The notes under the pieces: generated by a model
What the model saw: the letters and a program-made list of their open reading frames with translations, nothing else
Told to the model about the DNA's origin: nothing
Databases searched by the model: none
Position numbers and translations under genes: made by a program
Part shown: piece after piece, positions 19,901 to 28,847 of the stretch
Numbering within the stretch: position 1 is the stretch's first letter
How the letters are laid out: every line of letters begins with the position of its first letter
DNA from: Candidatus Omnitrophota bacterium
GTDB taxonomy: Bacteria; Hinthialibacterota; Hinthialibacteria; Hinthialibacterales; JAKPRU01
Direction of reading: 5' to 3'
Assembly: GCA_029570205.1 (NCBI GenBank)
Contig: JAKQSI010000090.1
Span: 37,674-101,673 of the forward strand
Length of the DNA stretch: 64,000 nt

Positions 19901-20164
19901 AACAGACGCATCGGTTAATGTCTGGCTCGGCACAAAAGCGTCCTGTTCCGGGATAGACAGGGTTCCCGTAACAGTAAGGTCCAGTTCAAAAACCGCGACA
20001 CCGGTCGGCCCGGTCAAAGACACGGTCACTGGAAGCGTTTCCCCTGCTCCTAACTCCGTCACGGTGGAGCTCAACGAAACCTGTGCCCCGGCCAAACCGG
20101 GCAAAACCACCATTGGACAAAGAGCGACGATGAAAAATGTGGATATTCTCGAGACCTTACGCAT
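16997..20164 (-). CDS. Secreted multidomain surface protein: cohesin-like, dockerin, cohesin, Pro/Thr linker, 4 PPC-like domains
   Basis: GGAGG before MRKVSR at 20164; signal peptide; paired DVDDSGQVDVND / DFDASGTTDVND; PGEQVTITI..GFQVDMNFDPAVL; four LDP..L..DD repeats. Confidence 0.85.
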   Translation of the reverse strand: MRKVSRISTFFIVALCPMVVLPGLAGAQVSLSSTVTELGAGETLPVTVSLTGPTGVAVFELDLTVTGTLSIPEQDAFVPSQTLTDASVGGTPFTNVMFLPDNGLRISVALMGNISGVDASSQISLGTLNVIAGTGGETVTLTPRRIAFDFENNNLGVTMGSGVSATVRGEVALDYDVDDSGQVDVNDVIALFDNIFAGHSPAVWDFDASGTTDVNDVVFLFDYIFEGGVGKGAAKGTLIASADRGGFFDFFRPAQSPTLTINGDLEGAPGEQVTITIDISDGSGIRGFQVDMNFDPAVLSVVSSTIGPSLSPLEVKKAEVVSNGVFRIMGTGLIASMPAGPGTVVTLTLAINQTAPAGATSLSFVVTQPAGLVAPGGQITVVSAGPETPTATPVETPTAAPTDTPTMTPRPTESPTATPMESPTATPESPTATPIESPTATPVESPTATPVATDTPTMTPRPTESPTATPMETPTATPVESPTATPVESPTATPVETATATPVATNTPTMTPRPTESPTATPMETPTATPVESPTATPVESPTATPVETATATPVPTHTPTVTPRPTESPTATPMETPTATPVETATATPVETPTAIPTSTPTLVPTPTLVPTPTLPPTATPTPGIALFVPFSTEGLIWAAGYTVNIDFTYTNGGPLTVTIGDFGGELDPAGTLTLPDGRQVSDDDGGEGDDAMIALENAPAGKYRLVVRGQSGTFGRFSVSAVPEVVGEPITMISFGQRVEGQIANLTEIHLYTFYAQVGDFIKVALTDSGSALDPFLTLQGPDGFTSVMDNDSGPDDDCLIIVGPATIAGIYTIGVSAAPGTAGVGQYVLMLASNVINERLIASGEMISGSITLAGQVDRYVFTNSGGGEITFYLDDFDPLFNAGGTLDPFLRLLNGAGEQVATDNNRGLNDDACITTTLTAGTIEVSGGPDMTAGPYRLEYRAGAYVPPTLKAGSGNETWVYAGESEWFTFAGTAGQLVTIGVDDFKGSLDPAVRLYGPDGTLLATSLNAFTAPEDDAQIRLFQIPATGVYKVEIFGEKQTQGKARITFQKL
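18290..19010 (-). repeat. Coding tandem repeat: 24-bp (ESPTATPV) units inside a 156-bp higher-order unit
   Basis: GTGGGTCGCGG recurs at 18465, 18621, 18777, 18930 (spacing 156, 156, 153). Confidence 0.9.
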
Positions 20165-20377
20165 CGGATCCTCCAGTCTGATCAATATAGTACCCGACTC
20201 AACAGTCGTATTCCTACACCTATAAACACAAAACGTCAACGGATTATATCAGAGAAACACACCAAAGATCAACCAAAGAACCAAGTTTTTTTGATTTTTT
20301 CCATCCCAGAACACACATCGATGGAATACAATTCTTTCATTCGAGAGAAAGTGTGGCGTTTTCACCACGCTCTGCGC

Positions 20378-20411
20378 AAAAAAGAGCGGGCCGGATGTAA
20401 CCGGCCCGCTC
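20378..20411 (-). terminator. Intrinsic terminator
   Basis: GAGCGGGCCGG-6nt-CCGGCCCGCTC followed by T6 on the minus strand, just after the 20434 stop. Confidence 0.85.
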
Positions 20412-20433
20412 GAAGTTCACACCAATTCGAAAA

Positions 20434-21825
20434 TCACATCTTGACGAAGCCGATGACCGCGGGTCCAAAAGTGGGTGTGCGTGTCTTTCCGGCATCCTCG
20501 CCAAAAACATGAAGAGCGTACATTCCGGTCGCGGGAAGCGGGAACAGTGAAATTTCCGCATCATCGTCATTTTTAAATCCGTTCAGGCATTCCACTACCA
20601 GGCTGCGATCGGGACCATACAGCCGAAAGGCCGGGTCCAACGCCCCGCAAAGGTCACTGACTGTAATGCTGATCATCTGCCCCGCCGTTCCCGTGAAAAC
20701 AAAGACTTCCGGTTGCCCCGCAAAAACATAAGTGCGGGTTGTTCCGATCTTGATCTCCGGCGCGGTATATGACCCGACTTGATAAGTCAAAGAATACGAT
20801 CCGATGGTTTTCCAGGGGCCACCGCTGACAACAATTGTGCCCGCCACGGCTTCCGTGCTGATAAAGGCATCATCATTCGGTCCACTGTTGTCATCGGTGA
20901 CATCCATCTGGTCGGGAACCTGGAGAGTCAGAAGCGGGTCCAGGCTGCCACCGAGATCGTCCAGCAAGAACGTGACCTCCCCACCTGTGGGATTCATAAA
21001 TGTGTAAGAGTCCGTCTGACCGGTGACTCGAATGTTTCCTTTGACCGTCTGGCCGGGCGCAATGGTGCGGGAAACCTGCCGATTGGAGGCCAGTACAAGT
21101 AGATATTGCCCGGCTCCCATGGTTTTGGGAGCGGCGCTGACCAAAATGGTATAAAGCCCACCGACTGTTGCCGGCCCCACCGTAATCAGTGCATCATCTT
21201 CCGGCCCACTATCGTTGTCGGTCATGGATACGAATCCCTCCGGCCCAAGGAGGGTCAGGTATGGGTCCAGAGCGCTGGCCTGATATCCCGTGTAATCCGA
21301 TAGGAACACTTCGATGTAATCCCCGACATTCGCGTAGAAATTGTATACGTGGGTTTCGGCACAGTTTCTCAGGCGGCCTTCTACTCGCTGGCCGAAGCCG
21401 ATTACGGAAGCAGTCCCCGGCTGATCTGTCGCGACAGGCACGGCGTTGACCGAAAACCTTCCGGTTGTGCCCGGTTGCGCACGGACGATCAGTCGATACT
21501 GTCCCATTGGGGCAGGAGAAGCCATGGTAAAATACACCACAGCATCATCACCAGGCCCGCCATCATCATCCCTGTATTCCCGTCCGTCCGGCGTGATAAG
21601 GGTCATGGCCGGGTCCAACGCTCCGCCGAAATCACCCACAGAGACAGTTAACGGACCACTTGTACTGTAAACAAAATCAAAGATTCTTGTTCCGCTCGGA
21701 CTGCCGATATTCCCTTCCGTGGAAAACGGAACAGTCGGCAACTGCGCATTCGCTTGCCCAATAAACACCGTCAGCAAAAGAAACACTACTGATACCGAGA
21801 TTCTTTGGCAGGACCTTTGTGACAT
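20434..21825 (-). CDS. Secreted protein of 4 PPC-like domains; paralogue of the C-terminal half of 16997..20164
   Basis: Signal peptide (..GQANA-Q); VPFSTEG..GPLTV..GDFGG.LDP..DDDGG.GDDA is collinear with the neighbour. Confidence 0.85.
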   Translation of the reverse strand: MSQRSCQRISVSVVFLLLTVFIGQANAQLPTVPFSTEGNIGSPSGTRIFDFVYSTSGPLTVSVGDFGGALDPAMTLITPDGREYRDDDGGPGDDAVVYFTMASPAPMGQYRLIVRAQPGTTGRFSVNAVPVATDQPGTASVIGFGQRVEGRLRNCAETHVYNFYANVGDYIEVFLSDYTGYQASALDPYLTLLGPEGFVSMTDNDSGPEDDALITVGPATVGGLYTILVSAAPKTMGAGQYLLVLASNRQVSRTIAPGQTVKGNIRVTGQTDSYTFMNPTGGEVTFLLDDLGGSLDPLLTLQVPDQMDVTDDNSGPNDDAFISTEAVAGTIVVSGGPWKTIGSYSLTYQVGSYTAPEIKIGTTRTYVFAGQPEVFVFTGTAGQMISITVSDLCGALDPAFRLYGPDRSLVVECLNGFKNDDDAEISLFPLPATGMYALHVFGEDAGKTRTPTFGPAVIGFVKM

Positions 21826-22049
21826 GTACTTGACCCCCTGTCGAATGGGATTGTATTGACTGTTCGTGTGTGCCTTCGAGGGCACACATACGCCGAGAAT
21901 ATATCACACATCAAGGCTGAAAATCTACCGTATCATAAGATTTTTGCTAACTTATTGGTTATACATTTTTTGGAACATGGCAGACGTGGCTTGCAGGAAC
22001 ACGGATCATTCTGAGAAAATTGGTCTATCTGCCTGGAAAACAATAACTT

Positions 22050-23207
22050 ATGAACATTCTGGTTGTCCAGAGATTCGATTTGTCATCCGTCTCCTGTGCC
22101 AGGCGCGTTCTTTCACAGGCAAGAGAATTGGCCTCTAGGGGGCATTCGGTCGCTGTCGTGGATTTCCCGAATCCTGAAAGGCACGGATTTGCCGGTTCGC
22201 GGGTATCTCATACTCACGACAGTATTCAAGTGATTTCCCTGAGTCGAAAAGCGATTGACATTCCCGGAAATTGTCGGCGATTGGCGAATCTCGACCCAAA
22301 ACCGGATATTGTGCATTTATGGAAGTCCTATCCCGACGCCGCGTTGCCGGCGATCTGCGCCGCGGACCGGTTTGATGTGCCGCTACACTATGATTGGGAT
22401 GACTGGGAACCGTCCATTGCGCGGGAACTTACCGGTTCCGTGCCGGCAGCCCATATCACGGGCTGTTGGGATCGTGCGTTATGCCGGATCTGCGACACAT
22501 GCACCGTGGCGAGCAGCGAGCTGAGAAAAACCGCAATCCGTTGGGGCATGGACCCTGAACGACTTTTCGATGCGCCAGTGGGGGCGGACCTTGAACTGTT
22601 TCATCCCCGCCTGCCCGATCCTGAAATCATTGAAAAAATCGGCGGCAAAGAGCGCCCTGTGCTGGTTTATGCGGGACAGCTGGAAGTCACATTTTATGCC
22701 AACCAGGCAGTGGATACCTTAAAAATGCTTCATCAACGGGGTATCCAGGCTCGTCTCTTGATCGTCGGAGGAGGATCTCATGAAAAAGATCTCCAACGTC
22801 ACGCCGAGGAACAAGGCATTTTAAGCTCCTTATATTGCACGGGTTACATATCCGGTGATGAAGTGCCTCGATGGTTGTCTGTGGCGGATGTGGCGCTGGC
22901 TCCCTTTGAGGACACACTTGCGGCGCGATGCAAAAGCCCGCTCAAAATCGCAGAATATCTTGCCATGGGATTGCCGATTGTTGCCTCGGATGTGGGAGAT
23001 GTATTGAATATGATTCAGCACGCCGGATTCGTCGTCCCTGCAGAAAACCCTGAAATGATGGCGATCTGTACGGCAAAAATCCTGGGCGACACCGATTTAC
23101 ATCGCAGCATGGGCATTGCCGCTCGAAAACGAGCGGAAGAACAGTATAATTGGAAGCGGCACACCGACCAGCTGGAGGCGGCCTACCGAAAGGCCATCCG
23201 CACATGA
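22050..23207 (+). CDS. Glycosyltransferase family 4
   Basis: SPLKIAEYLAMGLPIVASDVG; GT-B fold pattern. Confidence 0.9.
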   Translation: MNILVVQRFDLSSVSCARRVLSQARELASRGHSVAVVDFPNPERHGFAGSRVSHTHDSIQVISLSRKAIDIPGNCRRLANLDPKPDIVHLWKSYPDAALPAICAADRFDVPLHYDWDDWEPSIARELTGSVPAAHITGCWDRALCRICDTCTVASSELRKTAIRWGMDPERLFDAPVGADLELFHPRLPDPEIIEKIGGKERPVLVYAGQLEVTFYANQAVDTLKMLHQRGIQARLLIVGGGSHEKDLQRHAEEQGILSSLYCTGYISGDEVPRWLSVADVALAPFEDTLAARCKSPLKIAEYLAMGLPIVASDVGDVLNMIQHAGFVVPAENPEMMAICTAKILGDTDLHRSMGIAARKRAEEQYNWKRHTDQLEAAYRKAIRT

Positions 23208-23474
23208 TTTCTGTTTTGATTTCGTCAAGATTCCCCTTTTTATGATCGGCCGAATCAGGGTATCATGGACCTTTTGCGGATGATTCGCGAATCGCGAATC
23301 AGGGGAAATAAGACCCGTGGGACAAATGCGTCGAATAGGGGAAAGTGAGATTTTTGCACAGGCGAGGGATGATGAAATGTAAGTCTAGTAAATTCAACCC
23401 TCTGTGTGTCTCCCCTGATTTTTGGGGGAGAGGATTTGAGGTTCATTCGCAGTTATATTCAAATTAAGGAGCTT

Positions 23475-25166
23475 ATGGTGGAAAGCGATCGCCCGTTGAT
23501 TGTCCAAAGCGACAAGACCCTGTTTCTTGAGGTCGAATCGCCGTATTTCGCGGAGGTACGCGACCATTTAGGGGCATTCGCGGAACTGATCAAATGTCCG
23601 GAGCATATTCACACCTACCGGATCTCCCCCCTCTCCTTGTGGAATGCCTCCAGCGCGGGAATGACCTCGGATGAGGTCATCGAAATACTGCGCCGATATT
23701 CGCGATACGCCGTTCCTCCGAATGTGGAAATCGACATCGCGGAGTCCATGAAACGGTATGGTCGCCTTGTATTGGAAAAGGACGATACGGGACTTTTGCT
23801 TCGCTCGGACGATCCTCTGTTACTCGACAGCCTCAGTCGCCAGAAGACAGTCGGTCCGTACATGATGGAGCGGTTGGATCCCTATACTTTCCGTGTGGGG
23901 GGAGAATACCGGGGCAACCTCAAACAGAATCTGATCAAACTGGGTTATCCGGTAAAAGACCTTGCGGGATATGTGCCCGGCGCTCCGCTGAGCATCCGGT
24001 TAAGAGAGACAACCCTGGCAGGGAAACCGTTTCACCTTCGAGACTATCAGAAGGACGCTATCGCCGCGTTCTATCGGGGCGGGAGCCGGGAGGGAGGAAG
24101 CGGTGTGGTAGTCCTTCCGTGCGGAGCGGGAAAAACCGTGGTCGGGCTTGGTGTTATTGCGGCTATGCAAACACATACCCTGATCCTGGTTACCAATGTC
24201 GTTGCGCTCCGCCAATGGAAACGTGAACTTGTAGATAAGACTTTAATCGATCCCGATCTCGTTTGCGAATACAGCGGTGAGGCGAAGGATATCGGCCCGA
24301 TCACGGTGGCAACCTACCAGATTCTGACCTATCGCAAAAAGAAGTCGGAGGGGTTCCCGCATTTAGGATTGTTTGCTGTTCGAGATTGGGGATTGATTAT
24401 TTATGATGAAGTTCATCTGCTTCCCGCGCCGGTGTTTCGAATTACCGCCGAGATCCAGGCTCGGCGGCGCCTGGGTTTGACCGCCACGCTGGTTCGTGAG
24501 GATCGAATGGAAGAGGATGTGTTCAGCCTGATCGGGCCGAAATGTTTTGATGTACCCTGGAAAGTGCTGGAGGAACAGGGGTGGATTGCCACGGCGGAGT
24601 GCCACGAGGTTCGGATTCCGTTCCCCATCGAAGAACGTCGGAGATACGTGCTGGAACCGCCGCGTGTCCAGTTTCGCATTGCATCGGAAAATCCGTTGAA
24701 AATGCCGGTTGTTCAGGAGATTCTTCGGCGATACCAAGGTTCGCGTACCCTTGTGATTGGACAATACCTTTCGCAGCTTCAGATCGTGGCGGATGAATTG
24801 AATTGTCCGTTAATCACAGGATCGACGCCGAATAAGGTTCGGGAAGACCTCTACGAGAAGTTCCGACAGGGGGAGATTCTGACCCTGGTGGTATCCAAGG
24901 TGGCCAATTTCGCGATTGACCTCCCGGAGGCGCATGTCGCCATTCAGATTTCGGGGACATTCGGCTCCCGCCAGGAAGAGGCTCAACGTCTGGGGCGGAT
25001 TCTCCGTCCGAAAAGCGACGGGGCGATCGCGCATTTTTATACGCTGGTGACACGGGACAGCAACGAGACGGAGTTCGCACAAAAACGGCAGCTGTTTCTT
25101 ACGGAACAAGGATATAAGTATCACCTGGAAAGCGCAGAAATTTACGTTCCCGAACTGGCAGCCTGA
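23475..25166 (+). CDS. xpb: Bacterial XPB/Rad25-like superfamily 2 DNA helicase
   Basis: AAGGAG RBS; PLIVQSD, LRDYQ, LPCGAGKT, DEVH, GLTATLVRED, GSRQEEAQRLGRILR. Confidence 0.93.
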   Translation: MVESDRPLIVQSDKTLFLEVESPYFAEVRDHLGAFAELIKCPEHIHTYRISPLSLWNASSAGMTSDEVIEILRRYSRYAVPPNVEIDIAESMKRYGRLVLEKDDTGLLLRSDDPLLLDSLSRQKTVGPYMMERLDPYTFRVGGEYRGNLKQNLIKLGYPVKDLAGYVPGAPLSIRLRETTLAGKPFHLRDYQKDAIAAFYRGGSREGGSGVVVLPCGAGKTVVGLGVIAAMQTHTLILVTNVVALRQWKRELVDKTLIDPDLVCEYSGEAKDIGPITVATYQILTYRKKKSEGFPHLGLFAVRDWGLIIYDEVHLLPAPVFRITAEIQARRRLGLTATLVREDRMEEDVFSLIGPKCFDVPWKVLEEQGWIATAECHEVRIPFPIEERRRYVLEPPRVQFRIASENPLKMPVVQEILRRYQGSRTLVIGQYLSQLQIVADELNCPLITGSTPNKVREDLYEKFRQGEILTLVVSKVANFAIDLPEAHVAIQISGTFGSRQEEAQRLGRILRPKSDGAIAHFYTLVTRDSNETEFAQKRQLFLTEQGYKYHLESAEIYVPELAA

Positions 25167-25203
25167 GATTTGCCGTTTCATTTATATGAACTAAGAGAAA
25201 CCG

Positions 25204-26694
25204 ATGGGGGACTCGTATACGCTTCTGGACATATTGATCCGGCTGGGTCTTGAGGACCTTCAGGAACTGGCACGGCGATCCGGCTCGATTGCATCGCCCT
25301 CCCGGCGATCTCTTTCGGCGCAGGTCCTGGCTCAGTATCGAGACAGGAACTTTATCCGAAAAATAGTCCGGGCGCTCCCGAAAGAGGCCATGGGGCTGCT
25401 GGGTTTTCTGGTTCTATTGCAGGATCAATCCAGGCAAGGGCTTCAGGGAAGAACGCAATGGGAGGATTACCCGGAGCATACTCAACATCTCGATGCGCTG
25501 CTTCATGCAGGGCTTCTGTTCCGCTTCCCCGATGAGAACTCCGAGCCGATTATTCCCGAGGAAATCATCCCCGCGATTCGCGATACCCTTCTGGAACTCG
25601 AACAGAACGAACCGTCCGTGCAGGAAGAAAGGCTGTGGGGAGGGACCGAGCGGATACTTCTGATGCAGTTTCGGTTGCTGGCGGCCGTTCAAAAGGGGCG
25701 ATTTCGCCAGAATCCGGGGAATGGGCTTGGCAAAAGGGAGCTAGAGCAATGGTTGAGCGAATTGCCGAATGACGTATTTCCTCCCAATTCCGTTCCAAAC
25801 ATGATCGATCCCCAGGCAGTTGCCGATTCCCTGTTGGATGCGGGATTGCAGTCGGGACTGATTGATCGGTGGAAAGGGGAACTGCGAATCACCAACGAGA
25901 TCCTCGGTTGGCTGCGGGAGGATCGGGGGACATTGCGAAAAGGTCTGTGGACCAGATTTGTGCACTCTGTGGTGATCCGATATCCCGCCTGGTATGTCCC
26001 GCTGTTCTGCGCAGTATACGGGGGAGAGAACGGGCCGGTTCTATGGAAAATCTCACCCTCATCGGCAACGGGGCATCGGGGAACCCTGGCTGTCTGGCTG
26101 TCGTGGTTCGGCCTTGTCCGGATCTCCCGTCAGGCGGGAGGAATTGTCGCTGTTCGCACTTCTGCGCCCGCTTCCTGGGAAGCGGGTAAAAATGAGATCG
26201 CCGGACCGGGAACCGTTTTCGGAACACTTCAGCCCAACTTCGAGTTGATGGTTTCTCCCAATACTCCCCTGGATTTGCTCTGGGAGATCGAACGCTTTGC
26301 GGATCACGATCATACGGATGTTGTTTCGATTTACCGTCTGAATCGGGAATCCGTCATCCGAGGACTGAAAGACGGGCTATCCGGGGAGGAAATACGGCAA
26401 TGTATTGCGTATCTCACCGGGAATCGTATTCCGCAGAATGTGCAATTTTCATTGGGGGAGTGGTTTTATTCTTACGGACGGGTTGAGGTGGAGGAAGTTC
26501 TGCTGCTTCGGTGCAGAGATGCGGGGGTTGCAGAGGAGGTTCTGCACATCTCCGAATCGGAAGGATATATCCGGGAGCGCCTCGCTCCGACCCTCTTGGC
26601 AGCGGAGCCGAAAAAAATCGAGCAGTTGATTGAGATGCTCGAACGACTGGGGCTGACTCCGGTGGTGAGGTTGTCGAAGAGGGATGGTGCATAG
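25204..26694 (+). CDS. XPB-associated protein with C-terminal Helicase_C_3-like domain
   Basis: LQPNFELMV..ERFAD..YRLNRESVIRGL..IPQNVQFSLGEW..YGR, similar to the XPB N-terminal domain. Confidence 0.8.
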   Translation: MGDSYTLLDILIRLGLEDLQELARRSGSIASPSRRSLSAQVLAQYRDRNFIRKIVRALPKEAMGLLGFLVLLQDQSRQGLQGRTQWEDYPEHTQHLDALLHAGLLFRFPDENSEPIIPEEIIPAIRDTLLELEQNEPSVQEERLWGGTERILLMQFRLLAAVQKGRFRQNPGNGLGKRELEQWLSELPNDVFPPNSVPNMIDPQAVADSLLDAGLQSGLIDRWKGELRITNEILGWLREDRGTLRKGLWTRFVHSVVIRYPAWYVPLFCAVYGGENGPVLWKISPSSATGHRGTLAVWLSWFGLVRISRQAGGIVAVRTSAPASWEAGKNEIAGPGTVFGTLQPNFELMVSPNTPLDLLWEIERFADHDHTDVVSIYRLNRESVIRGLKDGLSGEEIRQCIAYLTGNRIPQNVQFSLGEWFYSYGRVEVEEVLLLRCRDAGVAEEVLHISESEGYIRERLAPTLLAAEPKKIEQLIEMLERLGLTPVVRLSKRDGA

Positions 26695-26731
26695 ATCTTG
26701 CGCCGGATTCCCGGGGGAAAGGACAAACGGA

Positions 26732-27124
26732 TTACGTGGTCATTATTTCTTCCATCTGCGCATTCCACTCCGGTTCCCCGAGCGGAGCAGATTCCAGATG
26801 GATTGGTTCATTTGAATTCTGCCGGAGATAGCTCCGTTCTAGTCCACGCAATCCGGCCGACCACGCCAACTTCCCAAGAGTCACATCTGTATCGATGCGA
26901 TAGATGATTCGGATTCCTGTTTCCTGTTGGATTTGTTGGGATTGATAGGTGACCTCATCAACGAATGATCCGGGCATGATCCTGATTCCCGAAAAGTCGA
27001 TCACAAGCTCGGTCAGTTCCTGCCCCCGAATTCGTTCTTTGAGCGCCTGGATCGCTTCCGCGCCCCGTGTGCGGGTTGCCGCTGACGGAACCAACTCGGA
27101 AATCTTGATTTCCATTTTCATCAC
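26732..27124 (-). CDS. STAS-like (DUF4325-type) small protein
   Basis: TRTRGAEA..LVIDFSGIRIMPGSFVDE pattern. Confidence 0.7.
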   Translation of the reverse strand: MMKMEIKISELVPSAATRTRGAEAIQALKERIRGQELTELVIDFSGIRIMPGSFVDEVTYQSQQIQQETGIRIIYRIDTDVTLGKLAWSAGLRGLERSYLRQNSNEPIHLESAPLGEPEWNAQMEEIMTT

Positions 27125-27330
27125 CTCTTTTCAGGAAATCCGAACTCCATCTGAACACCCGGTAAGTTGAAGGCCATGTTGCCGGACAGGCAACAACGAT
27201 TATTGTCAATTCGAACACATCCATCGCCCGAAGAGAAATACAAACATCCGTTTTTCTCCAAAACAAAATCCTTCAGATCGGATACGCCGGTTCCCCTCTC
27301 GGCAACGGCGTTGGCGGCTTGCATTCCCAA
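27121..27330 (-). pseudogene. 3' remnant of a histidine-kinase-like ATPase gene
   Basis: RGTGVSDL..NGCLYFSSGDG..LPGVQMEF (G-box and final strands only); stop overlaps the next start (GTGA). Confidence 0.55.
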
Positions 27331-27417
27331 TTATCGATGTTATGGGCAATCCGATTCTCGCCGGCTTTTCCCTCATCCCATTGAAAGTCGATAACATCAT
27401 CAAACTCATTTTTTCAT
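27321..27417 (-). pseudogene. 5' remnant of a BrnT-like toxin gene, frameshifted
   Basis: ATG-A6-TGAG, then EFDDVIDFQWDEGKAGENRIAHNIDNWEC, matching the BrnT F.WD..K...N...H pattern. Confidence 0.55.
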
Positions 27418-27667
27418 TCTCAAATAACTGTATATGCAGGGAATATACACCTCAAGAGTTTTGCCTTGCGCCAGGAATAAGTCATATAATAGGAATTGAA
27501 CAAAATACCCATTGAACTCCACCGGCATCAGCTCTATAATTGGTCGTTGAACATCATCCGCAACCATACGGGGATGAGCGCGCAACCGACCCTGTTGAGC
27601 TTCTCGGTCGATGCAACAGCAGAAAAATCCATGGGAAATCAGCAGATTGCAACAGGAGGTCGGAAAT

Positions 27668-28231
27668 ATGATAAAAAAATCCGCGTTCACACTGATCGAA
27701 CTTCTGATTGTGGTCGCGATCATCGGGATTCTGGCCGCTATTGCCGTTCCCAATTTCATGGCCGCCCGAGTTCGAGCCAAAGTCGCGCGATCGCTTGAAG
27801 AGCAACGGGTCTATCGGAGTATCCAGCAAATGTATATGTTGGATGTGGGAGACCTTCCGGGGCACTACGACGGCAAGGAGGAACACTGCCCGTACATCAA
27901 TCTGGGCTATGTCAGCAGCCCTCTGAGAGATCCCTTCATGGAGAATCGGGAAGACCTTCGCGCTTTCGAGTCCCAGGAAGGGATGTACCACAGTACGCAT
28001 ATCACAACCGAGTGGTCCGTTGATGTGAAGATGTTGAATCTCCCGTTGTATGACCAGTGGGTCGGGGCAGGAAAACCTTATGTGATTTATGGAGAAGGAC
28101 CGGGAATCTGCGGGGCTTGGGTCGCTTATGATACCAGCAATGGTCTCCAAAGCTGCGGGATTATCGTCGGAATCGGCATTCGAGGCAAAGGGATACCGGA
28201 TAGCGGTCTGCTGGGAAGGAAGTGTAATTAG
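27668..28231 (+). CDS. Type IV pilin-like protein (prepilin N-terminal cleavage/methylation domain), copy 1
   Basis: AGGAGGT RBS; MIKKSA/FTLIELLIVVAIIGILAAIAVPNF. Confidence 0.9.
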   Translation: MIKKSAFTLIELLIVVAIIGILAAIAVPNFMAARVRAKVARSLEEQRVYRSIQQMYMLDVGDLPGHYDGKEEHCPYINLGYVSSPLRDPFMENREDLRAFESQEGMYHSTHITTEWSVDVKMLNLPLYDQWVGAGKPYVIYGEGPGICGAWVAYDTSNGLQSCGIIVGIGIRGKGIPDSGLLGRKCN

Positions 28232-28283
28232 CGCAGTCGTTATGATATATATTTGGAATAATTCCCAGTTGGAGGTCGAGAGC

Positions 28284-28847
28284 ATGAAAAAATCCGCATT
28301 CACACTGATCGAACTTCTGATTGTGGTGGCGATCATCGGGATTCTGGCCGCTATTGCCGTTCCCAATTTCATGGCCGCCCGAGTTCGAGCCAAAGTCGCG
28401 CGATCGCTTGAAGAGCAACGGGTCTATCGGAGTATCCAGCAAATGTACATGTTGGATGTGGGAGACCTTCCTGGGCACTACGACGGCAAGGAAGAACACT
28501 GTCCGTACATCAATCTGGGCTATATCAGCAGCCCTTTGAGAGATCCCTTCATGGAGCATAAGGAAGACCATCCCGCTTTCAACTCCCAGGAGGGGATGTA
28601 CCACAGCACACATATCACAGAGAGCTGGGCCGAGCGCGATGTCAAAGTTCTGAACCGCCCTCTGTATGACCAGTGGACCGGCGCGGGAAAACCCTATGTG
28701 ATCTATGGCGAAGGACCGGGATTCTGCGGGGCCTGGGTCGCTTATGACACCAGCAACGGCCTGCAAAGCTGCGGGATTATCGTCGGAATCGGCATTCGAG
28801 GCAAAGGCATACCGGATAGCGGTCTGCTGGGAAGGAAGTGTAATTAG
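28284..28847 (+). CDS. Type IV pilin-like protein, copy 2
   Basis: GGAGGT RBS; MKKSA/FTLIELL..; near-identical to copy 1. Confidence 0.9.
   Translation: MKKSAFTLIELLIVVAIIGILAAIAVPNFMAARVRAKVARSLEEQRVYRSIQQMYMLDVGDLPGHYDGKEEHCPYINLGYISSPLRDPFMEHKEDHPAFNSQEGMYHSTHITESWAERDVKVLNRPLYDQWTGAGKPYVIYGEGPGFCGAWVAYDTSNGLQSCGIIVGIGIRGKGIPDSGLLGRKCN

Noticed and set aside
27540..27660. Riboswitch upstream of the pilin-like genes
   Set aside because: Some pairing potential, but no convincing match to c-di-GMP or other aptamers by eye; an Infernal/Rfam scan would settle it
27668..28847. Diversity-generating retroelement (TR/VR pair) as the explanation for the pilin duplication
   Set aside because: Differences are not adenine-specific (many C/T synonymous changes and an indel), both copies are full genes with RBS, and no reverse transcriptase is present
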